NCBI GenBank assembly: GCA_963701955.1
Contig: OY969694.1
Coordinates: 2,291,224-2,355,223 of the forward strand
Direction: 5' to 3'
Length of the DNA stretch: 64,000 nt
DNA from: an uncultured Acidimicrobiaceae bacterium
GTDB lineage: Bacteria > Actinomycetota > Acidimicrobiia > Acidimicrobiales > RAAP-2
Numbering within the stretch: the first letter of the stretch is position 1; each line of letters opens with the position of its first letter. Positions 38,943 through 47,454 of the stretch are shown here, in pieces. The notes beneath the pieces are model-generated. The model did not search any database. It was not told the DNA's origin and saw only the letters and a program-made list of their open reading frames with translations. The position numbers were made by a program, and so were the translations under genes.

Positions 38943-39038
38943 GCCACCAGGACCCTCAGTGTGTGATGCACGCATGGGTCTGACTTGGATGGTTGCACGC
39001 CGTTGGGCCGAGGCCGGCGGCGTTGTTGCCAGACTATT

Positions 39039-39143
39039 GAAGTGGAGATCCGCAGATTCGAGATGAGCGACCAGGTCTGCTCCTCGAACACGGCTGCGAT
39101 CGGGTTCTATGACCGGATCGGTTTTCAATCGACGATGTCGTGA
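39039..39143 (+). pseudogene. Possible GNAT acetyltransferase 3' remnant
   Basis: The frame ending at TGA 39141-39143 reads EVEIRRFEMSDQVCSSNTAAIGFYDRIGFQSTMS. The N..A..FY...GF end is typical of GNAT folds. No intact upstream ORF exists because stops occur in all frames. Confidence 0.3.
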
Positions 39144-39283
39144 GGATCCTTGCTGGGAACCCGTAACCCGTGGAATACATGACCCGAACGTTGGACCGGA
39201 TCGTCCCGTGAGGGCGGGCCAACGTCCTCACGCGTCAGATCAGGCCATTGAACGCCTTGATTCAGTCGATCATGATTGGGATC

Positions 39284-39814
39284 ATGGCCGCCAAAGAGGA
39301 CAACCGCGCCGGAGTTCTGAAGCCGACGGTTCCGATCGCTGACGACGACGTCGCATTCCCGAGCGGAAGTGCCGACGACACCGAGTTGTTGCTCCAATTC
39401 CTCGACTACCTCCGGCACGCGGTATTGCGAAAGGCGCGCGGGCTGAGCGACGATCAGGCCCGATGGACGCCCGAGGGAAGGCTTCTTCCGCTCATTGGGA
39501 TCGTGAACCATCTGACACGAATGGAGTGGAGATGGATGGACGGTGGATTTTCCGGAGCTGAAGTGAGCCATGATGACGCAGAGTTCCTTCCCGACCCACA
39601 ACTCACCCTCGACGCAGCCCTGGCGGCCTACCGAGAACGCGCAACGAAGACCAATGGAATGGCTCGTTCAATGCCGCTTTCTTCCGTGGGCTCGGGCTGG
39701 GCGAGAGGTCACGATCTACGATTCGTCCTACTTCATCTGATCGATGAGACTGCGCGGCACGCGGGCCATGCTGACGCCACCCGTGAAATGTTGGACGGCA
39801 AGATCGGACTCTAA
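39284..39814 (+). CDS. DinB/DUF664 (mycothiol-dependent enzyme-like) family protein
   Basis: The product reads ...ELLLQFLDYLRHAVLRKARGLSDDQARWTP...LIGIVNHLTRMEWRW...VLLHLIDETARHAGHADATREMLDG. Start choice (39248 or 39284) is uncertain. Confidence 0.75.
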   Translation: MAAKEDNRAGVLKPTVPIADDDVAFPSGSADDTELLLQFLDYLRHAVLRKARGLSDDQARWTPEGRLLPLIGIVNHLTRMEWRWMDGGFSGAEVSHDDAEFLPDPQLTLDAALAAYRERATKTNGMARSMPLSSVGSGWARGHDLRFVLLHLIDETARHAGHADATREMLDGKIGL

Positions 39815-39852
39815 GGCGGAGGTTCGTCGAAGGCGAGTCTTACGTCAACGAG

Positions 39853-40149
39853 ATGGACGGGCTTCAATCTCGTCCATTCCGTGGGGGGATCTCGCTCGAC
39901 TTTCGGATCCCGTGCGGGACTACGACAACGTCAACAACAACTCGGGTCTCCAGATCACACATCCTGGAGGCCAGTCGCTCAAGTGGGAACATGGCACTCG
40001 CCCTGGCCAGGTCGCGTGACTACCAGTACTACGAGGGGGGCTCGTGGCACTCGGATCCCAGCTCGGATCTGGGACGAATCGAGCGCCAGAACATCGTGGT
40101 CTCCGCCATCACCGACATGGCGAAGAGCGATCTCAATCCCATCGACTGA
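39853..40149 (+). pseudogene. LytR-CpsA-Psr (LCP) family remnant, 5'-truncated and frameshifted
   Basis: The pieces lie in two frames: GGISLDF / DPVRDYDNVNNNSGLQITHPGGQSL / GNMALALARSRDYQYYEGGSWHSDPSSDLGRIERQNIVVSAITDMAKSDLNP. The ALA.ARSR...SDLGRI.RQ signature is characteristic of LCP. There is no TM segment or N-terminal half. Confidence 0.6.
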
Positions 40150-40397
40150 ACCGAGTTCTCGGTGCGGTCGTCGGTGACGCATCACCAAGGACCCGGGCAT
40201 CTCGGGAAACGAAATGGTGACCCTGGCCACGCACTATCAAGCGTTCTCGGGGTCGAGCCTCCGGACATTGACACTCCCCACAACGGGTGCTCCTGATCCC
40301 TGGGAAGAGAACATCAGCCAAATCCTCCACCCGTGTCGCCACTGTCCGAGCACGACTATGCGGCGTCAGCTGTCCCCCGACGCTGACCGGGCGTACC

Positions 40398-41036
40398 TCA
40401 TCTGGAGAGCAACTCGGGCAGCTTCAGCATGTCGTTGAAAACGACGGAACCACTGATTGACAACGGTTCAGCCTTTGTGACTCCCCCAGCGAATCCGAAT
40501 ACCGTCATCCCAGCAGCGAGCCCGGCAATGACTCCCGACACACCGTCCTCGACCACTGCGCAGCGCCCAGGTGATGCACCCATCTTCTCAGCCGCGTGGA
40601 GAAAGACGTCAGGAGCTGGCTTGCCGTTCTCCACGTCCTCGACGCTGAAGATGCGTCCGTGGAAGTGATCGAAGAGGCCGGTCGTGCCAAGGGTCAATCT
40701 CATCCGGTCGTGGCTGCCGCTCGATGCAACGCAAGACGGGATTGCGATCTCGCGCAAGGCGTCGACGACACCGGGAACTGGCTGAAGCTCTGTCTCGAAC
40801 ACCTCCCGGTAGCGGGATTCGAATTCGGCTTCCCAGTCAATGCTGCACCCGAGATGACGTTCGATCTCTTGGTGCATGTATGCGGCGGATCGACCGACGA
40901 AGCGCTCGATGATCTCGGATTCGGTCAGTGCCCACCCGAGGCCGCTGAGGATCTCAGCCTCCACCCGAACAACCAGGCGCTCACTATCGACCAGCACACC
41001 GTCGCAATCGAAGATGACGAGGTCAAACCTACCCAC
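40398..41036 (-). CDS. HAD-superfamily hydrolase (subfamily IA, beta-phosphoglucomutase-like)
   Basis: GTG at 41036 begins VGRFDLVIFDCDGVLVDSE (DxDG motif I). Further motifs are ...VASSG..., ...GKPAPDVF and ...AVVEDGVSGVIAGLAAGM. The start is uncertain, up to 41126. Confidence 0.85.
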   Translation of the reverse strand: MGRFDLVIFDCDGVLVDSERLVVRVEAEILSGLGWALTESEIIERFVGRSAAYMHQEIERHLGCSIDWEAEFESRYREVFETELQPVPGVVDALREIAIPSCVASSGSHDRMRLTLGTTGLFDHFHGRIFSVEDVENGKPAPDVFLHAAEKMGASPGRCAVVEDGVSGVIAGLAAGMTVFGFAGGVTKAEPLSISGSVVFNDMLKLPELLSR

Positions 41037-41189
41037 GCAACGTGAGCCTATGGGAGCGACGGTCCACCTGTCTTCCCGCTGCCCCTGAACGGTGACATCG
41101 GATGATGGGCAGCACGCGCCGGTCATAGGCTGTAGAGGAGCGATTGGGAGGTACCTCCATGGCCATGGGCGGCGACGTCAACGCCCTCA

Positions 41190-41507
41190 ATGCGTTTTCC
41201 GATCACATGGTGGATCGGTCGTCGGACTGATGACGCGGAACCCGAGGAGCACTTCGACGGCCACTACCCTTATACCCGCCACGTCCGACTTGGTTGGGCC
41301 CGGAATGCCGCCGGCGCCTGGCAGGCGGCATCGGAGGACCCCCACCAGTGGGAGGTGTTCTGCGAGCAGTGCGGGGACACCGACGGTCCGGCAGAGGTGC
41401 AACCCGAGTCGGCGAGAGAACTTCGGGGACCCTATTGGTCGAAGCACAAGGCCGAGCATGTCGCAAAGCACCACTGTGATCAGATGACTGTCACCGAGCG
41501 CTATTAG
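41190..41507 (+). CDS. Hypothetical small protein (105 aa)
   Basis: This ATG ORF reads ...HQWEVFCEQCGDTDGPAEVQPESARELRGPYWSKHKAEHVAKHHCDQM. I recognise no family, so it rests on ORF-only evidence. Confidence 0.4.
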   Translation: MRFPITWWIGRRTDDAEPEEHFDGHYPYTRHVRLGWARNAAGAWQAASEDPHQWEVFCEQCGDTDGPAEVQPESARELRGPYWSKHKAEHVAKHHCDQMTVTERY

Positions 41508-41603
41508 CGGCACATTGCGCCAATCCGGCAGGAGCGCACCACCTCTGGGACATGCCGAGGTTCTGAACGGTGGATCGGGCAGGATCCGGTGGCCTGGGGG
41601 AAG

Positions 41604-42269
41604 ATGGAGCCGATGGGTTCGTCGTACTGGCCTCTGTTCGATCTGGAAGTCCGCACGGACAGGCTGCTCCTGCGGCCTCCGCGTGACGATGATCTTCCCG
41701 GATTGCTCGACGCCATCGACGAGGGCATTCACGAACCCGAGGTGATGCCGTTCTCCCAGCCATGGACCGATGCCGAGCCCACGTCCAGACGGCGTGGTAC
41801 TGCCCAGTATTTTTGGACTTCACGAGCGACGTGGAGGACAGACAAGTGGGACCTGCCCTTCGCCGTGTTTCACGAAGGGAGGGCTATCGGCGTTCAGTCC
41901 ATTTTCGCCAGGCAGTTTCCTGTCTTGCGCGAGGTGGCGAGCGGCTCCTGGCTCTGCCAGTCGGCGCAGGGTCGGGGGTATGGAAAGGAGATGCGCTCCG
42001 CGGTGCTGCAGTTGGCCTTTGAGGGCCTCAATGCGGTGATTGCTCGGTCCGGGGCGTTCGCGCACAATCAGTCGTCGGCAGGTGTGTCGAAAGCGTTGGG
42101 CTATCGGGAGAACGGGACAGGCCGAGAGGCTCCGAGGGGCGAGCCGCAGGTCATGGTCCATTACGAGCTCACCCGAGAGCAGTGGTTGTCCCAACGTGAT
42201 GCACTACCAAGGGCGGAAGTCGTTGGACTTGACCAAGCCCTCCCCATGTTCGGGCTGCCCGACGGTTGA
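41604..42269 (+). CDS. GNAT family N-acetyltransferase (RimJ/RimL-like)
   Basis: The product reads MEPMGSSYWPLFDLEVRTDRLLLRPPRDDDLPGLLDAI...WLCQSAQGRGYGKEMRSAVLQLAFEGLNAVIARSGAFAHNQSSAGVSKALGYRENG. Confidence 0.85.
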   Translation: MEPMGSSYWPLFDLEVRTDRLLLRPPRDDDLPGLLDAIDEGIHEPEVMPFSQPWTDAEPTSRRRGTAQYFWTSRATWRTDKWDLPFAVFHEGRAIGVQSIFARQFPVLREVASGSWLCQSAQGRGYGKEMRSAVLQLAFEGLNAVIARSGAFAHNQSSAGVSKALGYRENGTGREAPRGEPQVMVHYELTREQWLSQRDALPRAEVVGLDQALPMFGLPDG

Positions 42270-42426
42270 ACCGTCGATCTCCATTTCGAAGAAACAACGG
42301 ACACGGAGCGGAGCGGTGTCCCGCAGCGACCCTTGAGCCGCTGGGTATTGCCCTTGTGTCGAGCGAACCGTCAGTCAGCCATCAGAGCTGTGGCGAGCAG
42401 GGAAGTGCAGAAGTCACCATGGTCCA

Positions 42427-42955
42427 ATGGCAGATCGGTACTTCTTCGACAACTGCCAGGACGACGAGGACGAACGACTGAGGCGGCTCGAAGAGATCGC
42501 CGACCCACGCTCGATCTCACTTCTTGGCCCGCTGGGCATTGAGGGGGGCTGGCGATATGAAGAGTTCGGAGCCGGACGGGTTCCGATGGTCTCGTGGCTC
42601 GCTGATCAGGTGGGACCGAGCGGATCGGTCGTTGCAGTTGACCGGAACGCCGCACTGTGCCGTCACCTCGGCCTTCCAACGTGGAGGTCGTTGAATCCCG
42701 TCTTGAGGAACTTCAGGTTCCCCGGCAGAGCCTGGATCTCGCTCACACCCGGAACGTGCTTCAACCGGTCACACCTGCGACGGACCAGATCCCTCAATCG
42801 CAGGGTCCAAGACGACCCCGCCGATCTTCTGCCACCCGACCATGCGATTGGCCAAACCGCCGGGGAATGCGATGCAACGATCGAGCACTGGACTGTCCGT
42901 TCATCCGACACCGGACCCACCGGCGGCCGCCTTCGCTGAGCACTTCAGTGTTTGA
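42427..42955 (+). pseudogene. Class I SAM-dependent methyltransferase, decayed (at least 2 frameshifts)
   Basis: Frame 1 reads ...RYEEFGAGRVPMVSWLADQVGPSGSVVAVDRN. Frame 0 reads PSNVEVVESRLEELQVPRQSLDLAHTRNVLQ. Frame 2 reads ...RLAKPPGN...AFAEHFSV*. Together they give the normal motif order of a class I methyltransferase. Confidence 0.6.
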
Positions 42956-43748
42956 TGAGGCGAAGCATCAGGAAGTAGGGAATTCGGGCACCTCGCTCGA
43001 GACCGGGTTGGTTCACTCCAACCCCCAGGTCCGGAGCCGGCTCGCGGATACGCTCGATGAGGAGACCAGCATCCTCGAATGTCCACGCGTAGGACTCAAG
43101 GTCGTAGGCATAACCGCCACCAAAGTCCATCACGAGTCCGTCGCGTTCAACGACAGCCGCAAATGGCCGTTTGCCACGGTAAGAGCCCTCGATCACGAAC
43201 GGTGAACCCGACGAATAGTCAGGGAAGGTTCCTGCATCACACAGGGGATGTGTGATGCATACCGCCAAGCTGCCGTCCTTGGTCAGGACGCGGCTTGCCT
43301 CCCGAACGACGGCCGGCATGTCTTCGACGTCCATGAGGGAGTTGTAGGTGACCACGGCATCGAAGGAGGAGTCGGCGAACGGAAGACATTCCGCATCCGC
43401 AACTCGATAGACGGATACAGAGTCCATGGCAGCCGCGGATGCGACGAGCGCGGGCGACGCGTCGATTGCCGTGACCGAATGACCTCGGCTGGTCATGTCT
43501 CGCGCCACGCGGCCTTCACCGCAGCCGATCTCCAGGGTTGCCCGACCTGGCGGAGGAAGCACCTCCTCGAGAAACGTGTGCCGATATGCCCAGTACGCGT
43601 CGAAGTTCGGCCGACGGGTCCATTCGATCCAGCTTTCGGCGCGATCCTCCCAGCCGTAGCCCATTTTGCGATGGTACAAGCGGCGCATGGCGTCGCGTTG
43701 GTTGGGCGGCGCCGGGGGCGGGGCAGTCGGTGGGTCCGAAGCAGGCAT
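42945..43748 (-). CDS. Class I SAM-dependent methyltransferase
   Basis: The product reads ...GRATLEIGCGEGRVARDMTSRGHSVTAIDASPALV (motif I and post-I), ...FDAVVTYNSLMDVEDM... and VLTKDGSLAV. Confidence 0.85.
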   Translation of the reverse strand: MPASDPPTAPPPAPPNQRDAMRRLYHRKMGYGWEDRAESWIEWTRRPNFDAYWAYRHTFLEEVLPPPGRATLEIGCGEGRVARDMTSRGHSVTAIDASPALVASAAAMDSVSVYRVADAECLPFADSSFDAVVTYNSLMDVEDMPAVVREASRVLTKDGSLAVCITHPLCDAGTFPDYSSGSPFVIEGSYRGKRPFAAVVERDGLVMDFGGGYAYDLESYAWTFEDAGLLIERIREPAPDLGVGVNQPGLERGARIPYFLMLRLIKH

Positions 43749-43834
43749 TCGCCGCTTCAGAAAGAGGCCACAGGCCGAAGTGCCCTGTTCCTTCCAGCTC
43801 GTGAGTGAACACGTAGGCCGACCCGCGACGACGG

Positions 43835-43870
43835 GGGGTGATGGCCCTTCCTGAAGGAAGGCGTCACCCC
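43835..43870 (-). terminator. Stem-loop downstream of the beta-helix gene (GGGGTGAtggCCCTTCC-tgaa-GGAAGGcgTCACCCC)
   Basis: I read it directly from the sequence. It has about 13 paired positions in two helical segments and a 4-nt loop, 44 nt after the stop at 43914. There is no U-tract, so it may be only a stability or attenuation element. Confidence 0.45.
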
Positions 43871-43913
43871 GCCCGATAGTCGCCAGAACCGCGTCGATCC
43901 GTAGGCGCTGCGA

Positions 43914-45407
43914 TCAACCCGTGCACCCAACGATGCTCGCCAAGGGCTCGCAGTTGTCCGGGTGGTTCCCGTTGACGGATGTGGCCGTCAACGATACGGC
44001 ACCGCCTACAACGTTGTAGATGCCGCCGCCGCCCAGGAGGGCGGTGTTGCCGTTCACCTGGCTGTGACTAATGGTGAGTGTGCCCGTGATCGGCATTTTT
44101 GGATTCGGCAATCCATTGAGGATTCCGCCTCCCAAGCCACCGGCACTATTCCCATTCACTTTGCTGAAGTTGATCGTGAGGATGCCACTGACCGGCGCTC
44201 CAGTGATGGGGCCGACGTTGGCATTCACGATTCCTCCACCAGATGCCGTGCCACCAGTCCCGGCGGCCGTGTTGTGGTTGACCTCGGACCAGTTGATCGT
44301 CATCGTTCCGTGGTTCACGATGCCCGCCCCGCTTGTGGTGTTGGCCGTGTTGTTCTCGACCTCGCTACCGGTGATGACCGCGTTGCCGCCGTTGGCGATT
44401 CCACCCGCCGCGATGGGGGGGCCGGATCCCGGAGGTGGGATCGGCGCGGTCGCCGTGTTGCCGTTCACCTGGCTAAAAGAGATCGTGAGCGAACTCGTGC
44501 CAGGGGGTGGACCATTGGGTCCGCCGCCGGCGCCATTGCCGCTGGCGATGCCTCCACCGTTGAGGGAACTGTTGCCGTTGACCTGACTGACGTTGAGCGT
44601 GACATCGCCAGCGAGGTTCTGGATGCCGCCGCCGCCCGCGTTCGGTGCGGTGTTGTTGTTCACCTTGCTGAAGTTGAGCGTGAGCTGGCTGGTCGGGCCG
44701 GGCGAACCCATGTAGTTCCCGCTGGCGATGCCACCACCGGCAGAACCGCCAGCGAAGTTGTTCGACACCCGGGTCAAGTTGAGCGTCGCCTTGCCCTGAG
44801 CGTTGACGATGCCACCGCCGCTACCGGAGCCGTCGGCGGGTTGCACACCGTCTCCGGGGCTCGAGTTGTTCGTCACCAGGCTGCCGTTGAGGGTAAGTAT
44901 GGCTGTGTTCGGACCGAAGGTGCCGCTGGCGATGCCACCACCGGCATTGACGGCGGAGTTACCCGTCACAACGCTCTGGTTGAGCGTGACCGTGCCACTG
45001 GAGTTCAAGATTGCCCCGCCGAAGTCCGGGACCGATCCGCCGGTGAGGGTCACGTTCTGAAGCGACAGATTCCCGCTCGGGCCGTCGACCTCGAAGATAC
45101 GGACGGCGCCTGACCCATTGATGGTGGCGCCGTTGCCGAACACAGCGATCCGACTCGTTACAACTGGCAGGCCGTTCTCGCCGTTGTTGGGCGTCGTGAG
45201 GGCGTAGGTGCATCCCCACGCGAGGCTGACCGTGCCGCCGCCGCTGCCGTTTGCGGCGTTGATTGCGGCGATCAGTCCGGCTGCGCCACTGGAACATGGC
45301 ACGAAGGTCAGTGGAGAGGCAGAGGCCGTTGTGGCTGGAGCGACTGTGACGGCCAGAAGTGCGGCTCCGGTCCCCATTGCCATTTTGAAAAGCGAGGTCA
45401 ATCTCAT
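43914..45407 (-). CDS. Secreted parallel beta-helix protein with polymorphic-membrane-protein (Pmp, GGAI/FxxN-type) repeats
   Basis: The signal peptide is MRLTSLFKMAMGTGAALLAVTVAPATTASA|SP. At least 10 repeats follow of the form GG(A/G)I.N..G.(V/L)TL..S.V.GN(S/T)A (GGAILNSSGTVTLNQSVVTGNSA, GGGIASG, GGGIVNA, GGGIQN, GGGILNG, GGGIYN...). Confidence 0.8.
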   Translation of the reverse strand: MRLTSLFKMAMGTGAALLAVTVAPATTASASPLTFVPCSSGAAGLIAAINAANGSGGGTVSLAWGCTYALTTPNNGENGLPVVTSRIAVFGNGATINGSGAVRIFEVDGPSGNLSLQNVTLTGGSVPDFGGAILNSSGTVTLNQSVVTGNSAVNAGGGIASGTFGPNTAILTLNGSLVTNNSSPGDGVQPADGSGSGGGIVNAQGKATLNLTRVSNNFAGGSAGGGIASGNYMGSPGPTSQLTLNFSKVNNNTAPNAGGGGIQNLAGDVTLNVSQVNGNSSLNGGGIASGNGAGGGPNGPPPGTSSLTISFSQVNGNTATAPIPPPGSGPPIAAGGIANGGNAVITGSEVENNTANTTSGAGIVNHGTMTINWSEVNHNTAAGTGGTASGGGIVNANVGPITGAPVSGILTINFSKVNGNSAGGLGGGILNGLPNPKMPITGTLTISHSQVNGNTALLGGGGIYNVVGGAVSLTATSVNGNHPDNCEPLASIVGCTG

Positions 45408-45639
45408 TGATTACTCCCTGGTCGTCAATCCCAGGATGTACCCCTCGTCTTCCATACCTGGGCGGAGACCGCCTTGGTTTCTCCGTGATCCATCCTTTCA
45501 GACACGGGCTAACCACGCTCGGGGAAGAATTAGGACGAATCGCCCCCCGTCTAGAGCCCAACGCGGTCGACGGGATCTGTTGTTCATCCATTGTGAAAGC
45601 AACCTAGATGCACCAGCTGCAACTCGACGGTCCCTCGCA

Positions 45640-45860
45640 GTCTGGAATGCAGCGTGGTCCTGCAGATCACGGAAAGGCGCCGAGCGGCGGGAGATGCGGC
45701 ACCACCGGGGCCCACCCAAGACCCCTGCCAACAGGCGCTTGGTCAGCGTGCCTCCTCACGTCCTCCCGGCGCTGAAGCACCATCTGGCGACCTTCGTGGG
45801 CCCAGAACCGTCATCCCCGTTCCTCACCGGGGAGAGCACGACGAAGCCCAGGAGATATCC
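45640..45860 (+). pseudogene. Tyrosine recombinase (phage-type integrase) internal fragment
   Basis: The best segment is 45709..45837: GPPKTPANRRLVSVPPHVLPALKHHLATFVGPEPSSPFLTGES. This is the GPPK..a.R.v.lP...l..L..HL..fvgp.p...vFtg pattern that precedes the catalytic domain. The upstream part is frame-scrambled, and the catalytic R-H-R-Y region is missing because the TPR gene starts at 45931 on the other strand. Confidence 0.45.
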
Positions 45861-45930
45861 GCAGGAGGAAGCTCCGGGCCCGCTTCATTGCCCCAGAGGT
45901 TCGGCTACTCGGATCGGCTGAGCTCCGCAT

Positions 45931-47157
45931 TCAACGGACACCGCGAGCGCTGAGCTCGTCCAGGGCGTATGGCCGACGCTCCAGTCGGGCCTGGATGATC
46001 GCCCGCGCCTCTTTCGTCGACCCGCTAGCCATGAGCGAACAAATGAACGTGTCCTCGACGACCTCTCGTTGGGCGTTGCTCCCGCCAAGTTGTGGGAGAT
46101 CACTCATGATTGTCTTGAGAGACGTGACCGCTTCCTCGAAGCGGTCTTGGATCATCGCGAGAAGTGCATGGATCACCGGTGCGAGCAGATCGGCGAACGC
46201 TGGCCTCGCGTCAAGGGAGACCCGCCTGGCAACCGATTCGAGCCCCTCGCGGTCGTTTGCCGAGGCCAGGGCGAGACAGGCGTTGAATGTGAGAAACGGT
46301 GTCGGCAGCGTCTCGATGACCTCTGCGGCGGCGTCCACGGCTTCGCTGGCTTCGGGTTCCACTGAAGTGCCCGCCAGCTTGCAGCGCCAGAGAAGGCTGC
46401 CTGCATCGATGACGGCGTCTGGCGTCATCTCCACCCGGTAGCGGGCCAGCGCCTGCTCGACGTCGCCGAGCGCCAGCAAGTGGAGGGCGGCGTGCCACCG
46501 GAAGTGGTTCTGGTAGCCGAGGACCGGGCGTCCTGCCTGCCAGGAATCGAGCCAGGCAAGGCCTTCGGAGTGTTCTCCGGTCTCATAGTTGACGTGGGCG
46601 AGGACGTGGACGCCGAAGCCCGCCGTGGGTTCTTCGGAGAGGACGCCCTCGGCCAACGCTCGAGCTTCGTCGTAGCGGCGCTGCTCCTGGCGTGTCATTG
46701 CGAGCTCAGCATCAAAGCGCCAGTCGCCCCGGTGTCTGCGGGCATCGAGTTCGTTCAAGGCATGGGCACGCTCCCGGTCGCCCTGAACGCCGCTCATGAC
46801 CAGGTTGGAGTATCGGAATACTCTGGCGACGGCGTCCTCGTCGTGCTCCTGACAGTGCTCGACCAGCGCCATGGCCGCGACCCCGCGATCTCCCGAGATG
46901 ACGTGATCAAGTGCCTGGGCTAGGGACCGGTCCGCCGCCGTTGCGTCGAGAGTCCTCGCTGCGGCCAGCTCCGTCGCTGGATCGAACGGCGCTCCCAGGG
47001 CACACGCTGCGCCGCAGCGGAGCAGGTGTACACGGGCACTCGGTGCCAGGCGGATGGCGTCTTCACTCAGGCCGATGAACTGTGGCTCCAGTCGAACGAA
47101 TGCGTCCTCGATGTGTCTGATCTCCTCTCTGTCGGGACCGCGGTCATCCATGATCAC
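45931..47157 (-). CDS. Tetratricopeptide-repeat protein (TTC38-like)
   Basis: This is a 408-aa all-helical protein: ...QRRYDEARALAEGVLSEEPTAGFGVHVLAHVNYETGEHSEGLAWLDSW...FRWHAALHLLALGDVEQALARY... Confidence 0.7.
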   Translation of the reverse strand: MIMDDRGPDREEIRHIEDAFVRLEPQFIGLSEDAIRLAPSARVHLLRCGAACALGAPFDPATELAAARTLDATAADRSLAQALDHVISGDRGVAAMALVEHCQEHDEDAVARVFRYSNLVMSGVQGDRERAHALNELDARRHRGDWRFDAELAMTRQEQRRYDEARALAEGVLSEEPTAGFGVHVLAHVNYETGEHSEGLAWLDSWQAGRPVLGYQNHFRWHAALHLLALGDVEQALARYRVEMTPDAVIDAGSLLWRCKLAGTSVEPEASEAVDAAAEVIETLPTPFLTFNACLALASANDREGLESVARRVSLDARPAFADLLAPVIHALLAMIQDRFEEAVTSLKTIMSDLPQLGGSNAQREVVEDTFICSLMASGSTKEARAIIQARLERRPYALDELSARGVR

Positions 47158-47454
47158 AGCATCGCATCAGGCCGAGTGCTGAACCGTCCTGGTGTCTTGG
47201 AGCCACTCCATCAGACCCAGGACAGCTCATAGTGTGGACCCATTACGAACCCGTGAGACCTTGAGAGGTCTTATCAGCCGACTACGCGAACGCGCTCGAC
47301 GGCCAGGCATGGATGCCACTGTCGCAGACTGCTGAGAACACCCTACGTACCGGTTGAGCCCACGCTTCCGGGGCCAGAAGGCTCAAGAAGGTCCGATAGC
47401 TAGCCGATGTCAGGGCGTTCGGGAAGTCGCTCCTCCCGGGATGCGTGAACGACG

